The position numbers were made by a program, and so were the translations under genes. 64,000 nt of DNA from the human T2T-CHM13v2.0 reference genome, Homo sapiens: assembly GCF_009914755.1 (NCBI RefSeq), contig NC_060928.1. One strand, given 5' to 3'. The notes beneath the pieces were generated by a model. It saw only the letters and a list, made by a program, of their open reading frames with translations, did no database searches and was not told where the DNA came from. Shown here piece by piece: positions 17,533 to 33,991 of this stretch (positions are counted from its first letter, which is position 1; each line of letters starts with the position of its first letter).

Positions 17533-17986
17533 TGTGAAAGTTGTACAAATCCAAATGGAGTCACTTGAGTTAAAAAAAATAATAATAACCCTGAAAAACA
17601 GAGCTGGAGAAGGTCATAAAAGGAGAGTTCTCAAGCATGTGTGCCTAATAATGAAACTATCATAAAAGACTGCAAAAACAACTACCTTGCACAAAGAGCA
17701 TCAAAACCTAACACAAAAAATACTTCTTCAAGGTCATCTGCCCAATAACTGCCTGTCTAATCTCAAACTAGTTCCACCCTTGTTAATTGGTCCTTGTAGC
17801 AAAGAATAATTTATCTCAAAACATTTATGTAATCCTCCTCATTTTCCTTTAAAAATCTTTGTCTTTCTTTACCTCTCTGAATATGCACATAGTTTACTAC
17901 AGCACACGTAATCCAGTTGTAATGCCCTATTTCTGAATAAATATAATTTTCTATTTAAAAGCCTCTCTGTATTATTTAGGTTGACA
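17533..17986 (+). mobile_element. 3' LTR, MER65A-like
   Basis: TGTGAAAGTTGT...AAATGGAGTCACTTG...TTATTTAGGTTGACA, followed by TSD TCAT. Confidence 0.85.
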
Positions 17987-18059
17987 TCATCTAGTCATAC
18001 CAAGTTGTCAAGTTAAACCATTCTTAAATAGCTGGTTGATGGTATTTTCTGGAGATTAA

Positions 18060-18275
18060 GACCTCCATGTCTTGACATTAAATAATTATGTTATCCTGAA
18101 CAAATTGTTTAATCTCTTCAGTTTTAATTACTTTAACTGTGAAGGCTAAAAAATAATACCTCTCTGAGAGGATTTGTTAAGGATCAAACAAGATAATATA
18201 TTGACGGTATTTAGCAGTATTCCCATAATATAGTAATTACTGGATACCTGGTACTTGAATTGACTATTATTGTTG
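18060..18275 (+). mobile_element. MIR remnant
   Basis: CCTGAACAAATTGTTTAATCTCTTCAGTTT...AATAATACCT...GTTAAGGATCAAA, MIR core pattern. Confidence 0.6.
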
Positions 18276-18879
18276 TGGTTATCTTTTTTATTATTGCAAT
18301 TACATTCAGTTGTTTTGCAAAACATTTTTTGATAAATTCTCTTTCTAGATATATTTACACTATATGTCTAAATTGAATACTTTTGCTGTATCAGTCAATA
18401 TCTTTTAAAAAATGAACATCTACTTCAATGTGCCATAAGTTAGCATGCATTGTCTATTATTGTTACCCTTTAGCTATATTACTATTTTAAATTATCCTCA
18501 TTTCTTTAATAACTTTCATAAATATTATATGTATGATTTTCACTTTCTATATTTTCCTTTAATATTTCATAATAAAACAATGAACAGAATATTCTACAAA
18601 AGAGTGAAAAATCCAAACCTAAGGAGCGTTACTTTGAGGTTGGCCTCTGTTCTATACAGTTTACTTATACTTTGCTTGTAGTTCACTGTGATTTCTTTTT
18701 TCTTCATTCATTCCTTCACTGGCTTAGGCTATAAACCTACCAGTCATCCCTAGTTCTTTTCTTCCTGTAACTACTAATCATTTCCCTCTTCGTTCCCCTG
18801 AGCTGAATCATCACTCCAGCCACTTCCAATTTAACAGTACATTCTTTAAAACATACAGTGATCTCATAGTTTGTCTTCA

Positions 18880-19386
18880 TCTCTGTGGAATCACATCTAT
18901 ATCTAACCTGGATTATCACAATAGCCTCCAAACTGACTTTGCTGTTTCCAAGACATTTGCCTCCCTGCTGTATATTTTCTGCCCAGGAGCTGTAATAACA
19001 TTTTAAAAATATAAATCATATCAGGTCACTTCCCTGCTTAAAACTTTGCAATGGTCTCAGTAAACTTAAAAAATATCCAAAGTTCTTAAAACGGCTTACA
19101 TTATTTAGATTTTTCTTTTCCAACTCATTTCCCAATCTTTTTCTTTTGACACTATTGCCTTCTCTTTACATCCTTGTAACTATCCATCTAAAAGCATCTC
19201 TCCCACTAATCACTTTCAAACTATTCTATTTTTCAATATAATCTACCACTACCAGATACTGCTTTGTTTACTTGTCTATTCCCACTTTTTTTTTTTTTTA
19301 CTAGAATGTAAGCTACAGGGGGGCAAGAATAGTACCTAGAACAGTGGCTGATGATAGCTGGTGCTCAGTAAGAGCGTTATAAGTGA
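18880..19386 (+). mobile_element. L2 3' fragment
   Basis: CCTGGATTATCACAATAGCCTCC...CCCTGCTTAAAAC...CTAGAATGTAAGCT...TGCTCAGTAA. Confidence 0.7.
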
Positions 19387-21289
19387 GCCAGATATTTTTC
19401 ATATTTAAGGTTTTTGTTCCGATTATACTGTTTTTCTTGTGCAAAATACACTTTACTCAGTTTGTTTCGAACATTTTGTCCATTTTCTGATATTACTTAT
19501 TTAGAGCCAGTTATATAGCATGTCCAAGCCCCAAAGGAAAATTTTAAATAATCCTAAATTTAATATAAACTCACACAATTTCCTACCTATTCTCAATGCA
19601 GTCACACTATTAGAATATATAAATCAATATTTATAGTGGATCCAAATCATATATATATAAATATATTAACAGCATTAATTACTGTACTTTTAAATAAATA
19701 AACAGCTCTAAAAGGAAAAAATTTTGATGTCAAGTTAGAAATATAATAAGAGCATAGTAACATAATAACAAGTAAAATATAAAACTTTTATTCCCCAATT
19801 TATCAATCTGCTTATTATTAGAGAAAATTATATGAGTATAATGAAATTTCTTAGCATCTAGTTACGTTACATTTAATTTTTATTCTCTTGTAGATAGTTG
19901 AAAGAAAAAAAAACAGTTGTAAAACATGTAGAGATGCTCAAAAGTGCTAAGAGCAGGTTTACAATCCCAATCAAACTCCTTCTCTTCTCCAACTCATCAA
20001 ATGCCACAGAATGATGGAAACAAGGGGAAAATCCTTGTCATGGAGGTAGCTAGGGTTATTAACATTAAACCTAAAAAACAATTCCCAATAATGCAAAAAC
20101 TTTGGGGCAATTTGATCAGATAGAGCACAATTTATAAGAAACGTAAAGAAAGCAGTGAGAACCAACACCTACTGCCCTTCCCAAGAGGCCAATCTCTGTT
20201 GAAGAAAGTGAAGGTGGTTCTAACAAAGGGTCATCAGTATCCTTTCATGTCAAGAGACAACGAGAGGCATGAGGAATGACCAAGGAAGATTGTTTCAACA
20301 ATGCGGGATGTCTCCCCTCTCTTTGCCATACCCAAATTAACAAAAGTTATTTATTTTGTAAGATGGTGTATAGAACAATTTAGAATTGGTACTTTTTTTT
20401 TTTTTGCCAAATCCCTTTAGTTTCTATCTGATAAATAATGCTTAGATATTATCTGCACTATTTATTTCTGGTGAGATTTCTCTCTTTAATGGCAGCACTA
20501 TTTCAGTTCTCTCAGAAATTTGAAATCACCTTCAAACTACTCATCCCCAACCCTAGTCACAGGAGAAGCAGAGAAAAAGATGTCACTCTACAGAAAGTCT
20601 CCTGGTCTGGCCTGGTCATTGCTTCTTCCTCTGAAGTTATCAGAAGGTGATTGATTATGATGGAATCAAAATTTAGCTTGTCATTTCTCATTTTTAGTAT
20701 GAGGAGGTTGGCTTCATCTATTCTCAAATAGAGCTCTTATAAAATGACAAGTATGAAAAAGAATGCTCATGATATAAGCTATAAAACTAGGAAACACACT
20801 GCTTTTATTCCATTCCCTTGTCAAAACTTATACAAATTAATCTAGAGGGAATGGCAAAATATGACCTTGCTGATTAATGCTGTCCATCTTGCAGTTCACT
20901 GGATCCATATGTTCACAAGAAGGAAGGATTATCACATAGAAACAGGCCAAAAAGCTCTTTAAGCCTGCTAAGGAAGGATTGTTCAGTGTTCTCTGGAGAA
21001 GTAAGTATTGGAAGAGAAGAAAATTGCTACACGCATCAAGTCCCTTTCCCAGAACAATATGTGGTCTTGAAAAGAAAATGTTAGTTTTCCATTTTTACCA
21101 ATAAATCTGTTTATAGTTGAATAGAATCACTTCAGTGAAAGGGAATCATCTCAATATTCAGGGAGAAGCCTGGAGACCATCAAAGCCTAAGAAAAAGATG
21201 GGGATTGATGTACCTGTGAGCAACTCTGCAGCTATTGACCCACAGTCAAAAGGCGAGTGACTGTGTGTATCACAGATAATTGCTCTAAA

Positions 21290-21355
21290 ATTTATATATA
21301 CATATGTATTTATGTATACATATATATATGTATATTTTATATATATATATATAAA
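21290..21355. repeat. (TA)n-rich simple repeat at an Alu tail
   Basis: Imperfect TA array next to the Alu 3' end. Confidence 0.85.
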
Positions 21356-21356
21356 A

Positions 21357-21618
21357 TTTGAAACAGAGTCTCACTCTGTTGCCCAGGCTGGAGTACAGAA
21401 GTATGATCCCAGCTCACTGCAACCTCTGCTCCTGGGTTCAAGCAATTCTCCTGCCTTAGCCTCCTGAGAGTGCCTGCCTGGATAATGTTTATATTTTTGG
21501 TAGAGACAGGGTTTCACCATGTTGGCCAGGCTGGCCTCGAACTGCTGACCTCAAGTGATCTGCCCGACTCAGCCTCCCAAAGTGCTGGGATTACAGGCGT
21601 GAGCCGCTGAGCCTGGTC
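21357..21618 (-). mobile_element. AluS with an internal deletion
   Basis: Antisense Alu; the TAGCTGGGATTACAGGC...CCAC segment of the right arm is missing. Confidence 0.9.
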
Positions 21619-23086
21619 AAAAAAAATATATTTTTATTCTGTCTCTTTTTTTACATTTAAAAATGGGAAATTTTTAATGCACATATAAGATGTAAAGCTT
21701 TTATCTATTTGTACCTTGAAAATAAAACCATGTATACATTTTCTTAAAATTCTTCTTGCAAACAACAGGATTTTAGTAGTGTTCTTGACTATGGTTATTG
21801 TGATATGACTTAAACGGTTATCTCTTGACACAGGTGACAGCTCTGGGTTCATGTCATGATACTTCATTGAGCTAGATATTTATGATTCATGGATTTTCCT
21901 ATGCAGATGTTATCATTTTATGGGCATATTTGTTCTAAAAGAGCTTGTGTAGTTTTTTTTTGTATGGATTGTTTGATGTAAATTACTGGGTCTTTTTGGC
22001 TTTGTTTTTTTGCTCTGATATGAAAATTTGTGTAATTTTGGACAAGCAGCTAGGCACAGCAGGAACCTGGGGAGCCATGGCAATAAACGAAAGCAAGCCC
22101 TGCTTCACCTTGTTATTGGGAAACCAGATAATGGCAAATCATTACTGAGCATCAACAATACACACTTATTAGGCTCTGTGTGAACTCTGAAGATCCCAAT
22201 CTAAATTCAGATCTATCCTTAGAGAAAACTAAAAAGGGATCACCCTCAGGGAAAATCTGCTTCCAAAAGCTAATAAACTAAAATGAATTGACATTTTTCT
22301 CTGGATAATAACTTTGTCGAGGAATATAAGAATAATATGCTTTGTTGTTGTTGTCTTTAGAATGATCACAAATAACTAATATCTATTAAAAATCACTGGT
22401 TATAAAAGCTTATTTTAAAGGAAAAATACATGGAATGAAGTAAATCAAAAGTTTCCACGTACATTCAAAGATTCTCTTGGATTTGATGAAGAGAAATTAA
22501 TTCAGTGATTCACATAGCCAGTTAAGTTACTTAATAAATAGATTTGAAATTAAAATTAGATTAGTGTAATTCATTTAACTATTACCTATTTTTATTCCAA
22601 CTGAAGCTGGACCTCATTGCTTAGATGTTTATCATAAATATCAACAGTAAAAATTCTAGGACACTGGGTAATACAGCAATTTTCATCTTTTGGATTTTGT
22701 TGTCTATTCCTTAGTTATAAACAGGACTATTTATTATTAAAGTAGGAAATCTGACAGGGTGATCAAATAGAAGACTTTTCTCCAAGTACTGTTTACATTT
22801 TATAATCTAAATGTATCTGTTACAACCTCAGTTTTTCAATTACTTCTGTTCTTCTGAATCTGACTCAGTATGAATTCACAAACTTTACAACTCTTACTAT
22901 TTTATTTTTACTTCTAGGCTGATTTTCTAAATTCTAGCCATAGATTTGTATGCAACAGTAAAAGACAAATTATTCATAAAAAGCAGCTTTAAGTTATTTT
23001 AGTAGGCCGTGTAGTATTTTTAACTAAAACATTTTTTAAAATTTTAATATATACCCTTTTCTTCAGGCAGTTTAAATGTTGTTTGA

Positions 23087-23426
<340 letters not shown>

Positions 23427-24155
23427 AGGAAGAGCTTTTAGGTTACATATCAATCTTGTAGATGGCTAATGTGGAAGATACAAAGCTGTTATCACCAGCA
23501 AGCAGTTTTAAGGCATTTGTTCTGCTTTACCTTTCATGGCTTTGATGCAGATCATATAATTTTGTATGGCATGGGCCCTTCTTACTCTTACCCATGTGAG
23601 TTTGGTCATTGCTGTCATGGAAATGATAGTGAAGTATGTTTATTTTCTTTTAATTTTCAGATGCACAATCTTTCTCTTTAAGTCATGTTGTTAAAATTGC
23701 CATGGCGTATTTCCAAGTAAGGATGATATCCCTGCTTTATTCTGAAATTAGTTCTGAAAGTGGGGTGTGGTAGTCAGCAGCTTGTTCTCACTGTCATAAT
23801 TATAGCCTGCTTGGGAAAAAAAATCATACTGTAAAACTTTTAGCATATGGATACTTAACACAACAATCTCTGAATAAAAGAATGTATGCATACCTAATAT
23901 ACATAGCATCATTCAATTCCTTGTTGGATAGAGAAACTTTGCCTATTTTTGTATTTTTAAATCTTTAATTTGGCATAAAAGTTGATTTTAACTGTGGTCC
24001 CTTAGAATTAACTTTCTCTTTCATTTTCTTGGGCATAAAAAATTCTATTGTTAAGAGAACTACAACTAAGGGCTTCTAAAAAAATTTGGAAATTCAACAA
24101 CATCATCAAATACCACAGGAAGTACTGTTTTGGTTTTGATACAGTGGATCACAAC

Positions 24156-24526
24156 TGTCTTAGTCAAGCTGCTCTAACAAAATACCATAGGCTGGGAGGA
24201 TTAAATAGCAAATTTTTATTTCTTTCAATTCTGGAGGCTGAGGAGTCTAAAATCAAGGTGCTGGCATATTCAGGGTCTGGTAAGGCCCCTGTTCCTCATT
24301 TGCAGACTTTCTCCTTGCTGTATTCTTTTATGGTGGAGTGAGAGGGAGCTCTCATGTCTCTTTCTCTTTTTATAAGAGCATTGATTCCATCATGAGGGTT
24401 CCAACCTCATTACCTAATCTAAAACTGATGACCTCCCAAAAGCCTCACCTGAAAATACCATCACACTGGGGATTAGGGATTCATCATATGAATTTTTGTA
24501 GTGATACAAACGTTCAGTCCATATCA
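24156..24526 (-). mobile_element. MLT1A-type MaLR solo LTR
   Basis: TGTCTTAGTC...CTGCTCTAACAAAATACCATAG...TTCAGTCCATATCA; 5-bp TSD ACAAC at 24151-24155 and 24527-24531. Confidence 0.88.
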
Positions 24527-25236
24527 ACAACATAATCAGTCTCAGTTGAAAGCTTGGGTTAGCGAATTAACATATGGTAGTGACATTTCCTAAATTTTAA
24601 TGAAAGTTAAAAACTCAGCAAAACCGAAACATCTGGTGACTTTAACTTACACAATTCTCACAAAAAAAAACCTTCATGAATCTTTTTCCTCCTTAAGTGT
24701 CTGCCCATCAACATCACTGAAACACTCTCTCCTTTTTGAAATGCTGCTTAATGCCAGACACTCAATATGTTTGGTCATACTGGAAAACTAATATTTGACT
24801 TGTCCTTGGTCACTAAGAGTTTCTCTCATTTTCCTTATTTCAAAGAAATAGCATAAGAGCAAAGTTTTTGACATTTGTCTTCCACAATGAGATGACAAGG
24901 CTCTTTTGAGTAAAAACAATTCAAGATAATTTTACATTTCATTCAAAAAGTTAAAACATATGAAAAACTGCCTATGAAGGTAAATCTTAATCTTGACAAT
25001 AAAAGAGTGAAAACTATTATTTTTTTTAAATGAGTGTAAGAAATAAGAAGGGAGGGAATAAAAGTGAAAGGAATTACTAAACACCAATTAAAGTACACCA
25101 GAAGCAAATAATTATATTCTTCTTCTGTGTCCCATATAAAGCAAAAGAAACAAAGACTATAGCTTCCTTAAATAGGCAGTGTTCCTGTTTGCAGTATAAT
25201 ACATAAAGATTTAATTAAAGAAAAGATTAGAGCATT

Positions 25237-26110
25237 TGTTATATGCCTTTTTCTTCTCAGATCCATTCTTGCCGTTCTCTTCCTTTAATCTCTATCTCAC
25301 GTAACTATGTTTTCCAGGCTTCCATGCTGTATTAGTCCATTCTCACACTGCTGTGAAGAAATATCCAAGACTGGGTAATATATAAAGGAAAAAGGTTTAA
25401 TTGACTCATCAGTTCCACATTGCTGGAGAGGCGTCAGGAAACTTACAATCATGGCAGAAGGCAAAGGCGAGACAGGCACCTTCTTCACAGGGCGGCAGGA
25501 CAGAGTGAGTGCAAACGGGGAAATGCCAGATGCTTATCAAACCATCAAACCTCGTGAGACTTACCACTATCACGAGAAAAGTATGGGGGGAAACGACTCC
25601 ACCGTGATCCAATTACCTCCACCTGGCCCTGCCCTTGACACATAGGGGTTTGTGGAGATTACACTTCAAGATGATATTTTGGGTGGGGACACAGCCAAAC
25701 CATATCACATGCCAACTTGACTTCTAGTTGGTTTAGTCAGTGGAAGGCACAGGAAGACTAGAGGGTAGAAGGACCCAGAATATTTCTTCTCTTTTCTTTC
25801 TGCCACTCTAGGCATTTCCTGAACCGTCTGCTTCCCCTTCATTGCTCCAGTTCCTCCATGAGATTGCCCCTACCTCTGTGGTCTCAGCTCTCACTGAACA
25901 GGCTTATTATAGTTCTAGTTTTTGTTGGGTGACCAGCTCCTGAACCCTGCTAATATGAACTCCTCTCTTTGATTCTCTAGCCCTAGGGGTGGTAGTGACT
26001 TCCAGCTCATCTCTGGTTTCTTAGCTCTTCTATCACTTGTGTAACTGATTCATGATATTAAATTCTTTCTGACTGAAATATCTCAAGTGGTTTGAATCCT
26101 GGCTTATACA
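25237..26110 (+). mobile_element. LTR33-like ERVL LTR, split by THE1D
   Basis: CAGATCCATTCT...TTTCCAGGCTTCC / ...AGCCCTAGGGGTGGTAG...CTTGTGTAAC...ATTAAATTC...ATACA. Confidence 0.65.
25328..25707 (-). mobile_element. THE1D-like MaLR solo LTR
   Basis: TGTATTAGTCCATTCTCAC...GGGGACACAGCCAAACCATATCA; TSD CATGC at 25323-25327 and 25708-25712. Confidence 0.92.
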
Positions 26111-26139
26111 ATGGGTAGTAAATCTCTACTGATTTTGAA

Positions 26140-27485
<1,346 letters not shown>

Positions 27486-28596
27486 TCTCTGCTGATTTTT
27501 AATCCTGTACCTTGTCCTTAGGATTAAACATAATGCTGCTTAATGACACAGCAGCAGGGAGAGCCTCAGTCTATTCTAGAGAATTGTTTGTGCCCATCTT
27601 GGCTGTGAGCTGCTTCCCTTATGTAATGTAATTGAACTACAATATGTCTGTGGCTTATACCACACTAGCTTTGTACTAAAAGGAATTACCACTTTTCCTA
27701 ATAAAAATTAAATAATTCGATGTCAGTCAAAAGCTCCCTCATCCTTTAAAGTAGAAAGGATGGGATATAAGAGCCTTGTAACGTTTAAAACCTGAAAATT
27801 CCCTTTCCCTGGTAAGGACAATTAGATATTCATATGGTAGAATTGCCCCATTATCCTCACATGCCTAGTGATAAAAACCTGAATAGCACAAGAGGTTCCA
27901 ATGAAACAAATATGTCAGATCCATTGATCATGTAATTAGCAATACAGACCAAGTTCTCAGCTGCTTTCCTGTAAAAATAGTAGAACTATAGTCCAAAAAA
28001 AGTTGCATAATTTAGTCTCCTATAATTGGGGACAGTGGTGGGATGGTCTTCAGCTTCTTAGCTTTTAGTAAGACCGTTATAGCAAGCAGATTGCAATTCT
28101 GCCTTGGTGAGCATGCTGTCATTAGTTTTGGGAATAAATAGCTTTCGGTGAGCCAAATTACTCATAATCATTTGAATGCAACATTTCTTTTGAGGATTTT
28201 TTCCAAATTATTCCTTTCAAAAAGTGCTAACAACCTTAGTTGCCAGGCATAATGAAATGATAACATAAAGTAAAACTACCTCCTGTTAAATTTTACATGT
28301 TACTACACTGGGCACTGAGTCAAATTTTCCATCCAACAAATATTTTCTGAACAGGTTTAATGTGCCAGAAGCTGTTCTAAGTGCTAATGGTGTCTAGGGA
28401 AGTGCTCCTTAAAGTGCCGGTCCTCAATGGCCATTAAAATACAGACTAGAATTGGCAAAGGCTCTGAAGATGTCTGTGGCTTCAGCTGTGGTTTTTGACC
28501 ATCTTCATTTTTGATCCCAGCGACGTTTCCCTATTCTTTTGAATGCACAAATATGTATTTCATATAATAGTTATTATATTCTCATCATTAATAATC

Positions 28597-28877
28597 TTTT
28601 TTTAAAGAGACAGAGTGTTGCTCTGTCACCCATGCTACAATGCAGTGGCATGATTATAGCTCACTGCAGCCTCAAACTTCTGGGCTCAGCCTCCCTCCTG
28701 GGTAGCCGGGACTACAGGCATGCACTACCATGCCCAACTAAGTTTTTATATATTTTTTTAGAGAAAGGGTCTCACTATGTTGCCCAGGCTGGTCTCCAAC
28801 TCCTGGGTTCAATCGATCCTCCTGCCTCAGCCTCTCAAGTACCTGGGATTCCAGGCATGAGCCACTGCACTTGGCTC
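28597..28877 (-). mobile_element. AluJ
   Basis: ATAGCTCACTGCAGCCTCAAAC, GGGTCTCACTATGTTGCCCAGG; TSD AATAATCTTTT. Confidence 0.9.
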
Positions 28878-28915
28878 AATAATCTTTTAAAATGAGAGGG
28901 TGTTTGGACTATGTA

Positions 28916-28949
28916 ATTCACAAAACTCCATTCTGGGAGTTTTGTGAAT
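28916..28949. repeat. Perfect 14-bp inverted repeat with a 6-nt loop
   Basis: ATTCACAAAACTCC attctg GGAGTTTTGTGAAT. Confidence 0.9.
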
Positions 28950-30733
28950 GGAAAAAAGCATTCCTACCTATGCTTTTCTATTCTGCTTTTCCTCTTTTAC
29001 TTCTTAAAGATTATGAAAAAGACATGTCACTGCTTTAAATCATACTCTTTCTAATTGTATAGATGTTGACTCTCACTAATTTTCAAACTCTTGCTTAATA
29101 ATAAAGAGATGATTTCATAGAATATAATAATACCTAAAAGCATTAGTAAAAGTTCAAAATCATGAGTGCGTCCATTAGGAAACTGGGCCAAATAGGTTAT
29201 GCCCAGCTTTTTTTTTCCAGCTCTCTTATATTCCATTTTTTCTGAGATCATTATTTTATCAAAATTACCTTTTCATTTTTCCAGAATCAGTACTCAAAAC
29301 GGATTTTTGCTCTTTACACCAATTATTGTTTTTTGCTCAAATAAATTACACTTCACTTTGTGCCCATTGACACTCTGATTGTTGGATATTAATTATGCAT
29401 TAAAAAGTCACTAATTTATTTTCATTCTCATTGACAAACTTGAGGCCACAAAATTATTCTGAAGGTATTCTTTTTTTGAGAGGAAATACCTTTACCTGAG
29501 CAGTGTCTTTTGATGTAGCTCTCTAAATTTTAAATACTATAGCAAATAAATTAATAAGACAAATGATCATGTGATGACAATTTCATAATCAATACTAATT
29601 TGAATATATATAGATTGTTTCATTGATTTAAGTGAAATTGCTATAATAGTTCATACAATCCAATAATAATATGTAGCTTACTGTCTGGCATGGCAAAGTC
29701 TTTTGCTGTTCCCCAAAGAAAGTAATTTTATATTTTTCCTAAAAGGTAGGCTTCAAAAGCTGTACAACCACCTTTTTTTGCAATGCTAATGTAATCATCT
29801 AATATTGAAAACATCCATCCGAAAAGTCTATCTTTACGATATGCTCAATAGATATCTTATTTAGACAGAAATATTTAAACCAACTTCGTTTCTTCTTCAA
29901 ATTGAGAATATTTACATTTATCTAATTCTTTAGAACTTTTGATAATTCTTTTGTTATCAAGAATAAACCACCTTAGAGTATAAATAAGTTGACAAACTAA
30001 TCTTTTAGTTTCCTATTTCATGTAATTAAAATGGAACAATATGTCATTTTTAAATAATTTTAGTACGTTTCACTTTAAAATGTCTCAAATGCAACCAGTA
30101 AGCAACAAAGCCTCCAAAATTATATATAAATAAAAGATTTTTTTATTTATAAGGCATTAATTAATAATTTGGAGTGGGGCTAGTATTTGAATAGAACATC
30201 TTGATTTATCACTGGATCAGACAGAAGGATATTACTAAATGATAACTAGTAATTGTTGTCAGAGGGGCCCTCTACAGAATTATATGTAAGTTGGTTATGA
30301 ATAAATCACTTCTCTAAAAATATGTTAAAATAATCTAATTAAAATTACATTAAAATTTCTTAACTTTCTATTTTTATCACCTAACATTTATTGTTGGAAA
30401 TGTACAAAAGGGGAAAAATATTAGATAATTGTTTTCTTAAATCACTTAAAATGTTAGATGTCTGCATTTGCGTATTGTTGGGAACTCTTCGTGGGCATAG
30501 TAAGTAATTCTAAACAAAAATAAATTCCCCTATCTTCTTTAAGTATAATAAGTCAAATAATAACATAGTACATGTAATGAATATCTTTTTAAAATGATAT
30601 AAACCTTATTCAAGTCTGCTAGGAAAACTGATCTTCAGTGATTCGTAACAAAATACTTTAAGGAAGCAAGGATTAAGAAGTAGAACACTTCCTTTGTAAT
30701 AAACCCAGATATGTTACCTATCTTGCTTTGTGA

Positions 30734-31006
30734 TTTTTTTTTTTTGAAATGGAGTCTCGCTCTGTCGCCTAGGCTGGAGTGCAGTGGTGTGATTTTGGTT
30801 TACTGCAACCTCCACCTCCTGGGTTCAAGTGATTTTCCTGTCTAAGCCTCCCGAGTAGCTGGGACTACAGGCATGTGCCACCATGCCCAGTTAATTTTTG
30901 TATTTTTCGTAGAGGCGGGTTTTCACCATATTGGTCAGGCTGACCTCAGGTGATCCACCCACCTCAGCCTCCCAAGGTGCTGGGATTACAGGTGAGAGCC
31001 ACTGCA
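30734..31006 (-). mobile_element. AluSx-type
   Basis: Antisense Alu with GACCTCAGGTGATCC; small left-arm deletion. Confidence 0.9.
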
Positions 31007-31344
31007 AATAATTCTTTCTACAATATATTTTAAAAGAAGAAAATAGGTATATAATAATATTTATCCGCCAGCTATCTGGTAGACTATTATGAAGACTAAT
31101 GGGATACTTTTTACGCTGTAATGACAACCATTTCATCTAAATTAAAGTAGCCTGCATTCTACTTCCTTCAGAGATGAGTGGTGAAGAGCATTATTCATTG
31201 TTAAGTATATAAGTGATTTTCCTTCAGATTCTAAGACAGGTAGACATAATCTTAGAAGAGAGAGAGAAAGACAGGGACACTTGTAATTATTACTTACCAT
31301 ATGGCTAAAATCCATCAATAACAAATGATAAAATTTATAGCTAA

Positions 31345-31575
31345 GGTTTGAGTTCACTAATGTACCAGATGCCGTACACATTATATGCACTAACTTACTT
31401 AATGGTCACAAAAACCTTATAAATAGATATTGCTATTATCCCCATTTAACAGATAAGGAGACCAAATCACGAAGAGGTTAAGTAACATGTCCAACATCAC
31501 AAAGCTAATAATTATGGAACTAGAATTCAAATCCAAGTAGTCCTGCCCCAGAATCTTGGCCTTAACTATGATGCT
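31345..31575 (-). mobile_element. MIR
   Basis: TATTATCCCCATTTAACAGATAAGGAGAC...GAGGTTAAGTAAC...GAATTCAAATCCA. Confidence 0.8.
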
Positions 31576-32089
31576 TAATTGCTTTTATAACAAATATTAC
31601 TTTTGTCAGAGTAACTATATACTGAAGACTCCACATCTATCTCTCTACTCCTGACTTCCTAAAATATGCTAAGCACCCATTATATGCCAATAATAATTGT
31701 AAGTGCTGGGTATTCAAAAGTGACTAAATCAGAACCTGTGGAGCCTGTATTGAATGAAGGAGGAAGGTAAATACAAAATAGTGATGAGATGTGATAAATT
31801 CCGTTAGAAGTATGGGTGACATGCTAAAGGGGCACAAGAGAGCTGTACTCTCATTAGGGAAAGTTCAAGACCATAGAGCAGCATATGCAAATAGCCAGTC
31901 CTGAGAGTGTGAATCCCTTACAGAAGCGTGAGTATGAGCTCACAATGACTGGAGCATAAAGCTCAAAGATGACTGATGAAAGAAGAGGATGGAAAAGAGG
32001 CAGGGGATAAATCAGAAAGTATGCTGTATCTAGTCTTTTTTTTTTTTCTCAGAAAATATTTAAAATAGGGAATTTTCTTGTGGCAAACG

Positions 32090-33005
32090 TGATCCTCCTC
32101 TAGCATTTCTCCTTTTGGTTAATAGCACCCTAACTTACCTGCTTGACCAAGGCAGAAACATTTGAGGCATCTTCACATCCTCTTATTCTTTCATATTTTA
32201 CATCTAATGAGTCTCCAAGTTCTGTTGATTCCACATCCTCCATATCTATACAGTTTTTCATCCATCTATACTACTCTCAGTATAGGCTGCTACTTTCTTA
32301 TTTTCTTATTGTTTTTAAAGCATCTTTTGAGGCAATTCCCTATGCTTGCTCCTCCTCCAGTACACTGTATGTTTAATAGGAAGCAATCAGTTTAAAATAA
32401 CAATCCAATCACATCATTACTCTGCCTAAATATTCCATGGCTCCCTGTTGCCCTCAAGAAAAAATCTTGAAATTCTTGGCATAGATGGCTATTTACCATC
32501 TGGCCAAATATGTCCTTCCAGCCTTTGCTTCTGTACTACCTAATTCACACACACTGAATCCAGATATGCTGAACTACTTGCAGTTATTCTAATGGAGTTG
32601 TAGAATAGTTCAGTGGTTAAGCAGTTTTAACTTTTTTTTTTAGTGTTTAAGCATTTCTCTCATCTCTGTACCTGTAAATATACTGTTCTGTCTTCTTAGA
32701 ATACTCTTTTTCTACCCAACTGTTTGCCTGATAATTTCTTACTCACACTTCAATATTATTTGATGTGCTAAGCACTCTGATAATAAACAGTAGTCAAAAT
32801 GTCACCTCTTCTGGGGGGGTCTTTGCTCCTGAAGGAGTAAAAGAATCTTGTTAAATCCTTCCATAGTGCCTTTATTATACTAGCTACTAGGGGGATGCAA
32901 TTTTTCATTTACTTGCTTCTGAGCCCTGAAGGAGAAAAATTCTTTGTGCTTACTGTGCTCTGGAAATACAGTAAATGCTCAACAAATACTTGTTGAATAA
33001 ATAAT
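32090..33005 (+). mobile_element. L2 3' region
   Basis: CCATGGCTCCCTGTTGCCCTCA...; ends AAATGCTCAACAAATACTTGTTGAATAAAT. Confidence 0.7.
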
Positions 33006-33583
33006 ATTGACCAGCTTAAGAAAATGGTTTATTGGCTTAACTATTACCACCTGAACAATTACCGCTAACTTCTGAAGATATTTTAAGACTAGCAAAAATT
33101 AGCTATCCTTGCACATTTACTCATTCATTTACCAAATATTTACTGAGATTCTGCTATGGCTTGACACATTGCTAGGTTTCAGAGATAAAGGCAACAACAA
33201 CAACAAAAAAACATTTAGTTCATACTACTGATGTTTAAAATCAGGATTTGATGTGCTAGCAATCCCTGATTTTCAAATAATGATATAATCATTTGTTAAA
33301 ATAGCAAGACATCCAGTTAAGAACTAATGTATTAATATTTTTTTAAAAATCTAATAATCTGCCACCCCATGTACATATGCTTAAAATACGCATGGTATTA
33401 CAAAAATAGAGACTGAGTTTATTAAAATAGCACAGCGAAGCCTTTGCATGTTTTTGTATAATAGGAAGGACCAAACTTAGCTAATTCCTGAAGCTAGAAA
33501 TATTTGACAAGAATAAGCCAACACAGATACACACAAGTGTGCAGACACACAAACACATGTGCTGGATTAAAAACCAGAATGGA

Positions 33584-33991
<408 letters not shown>

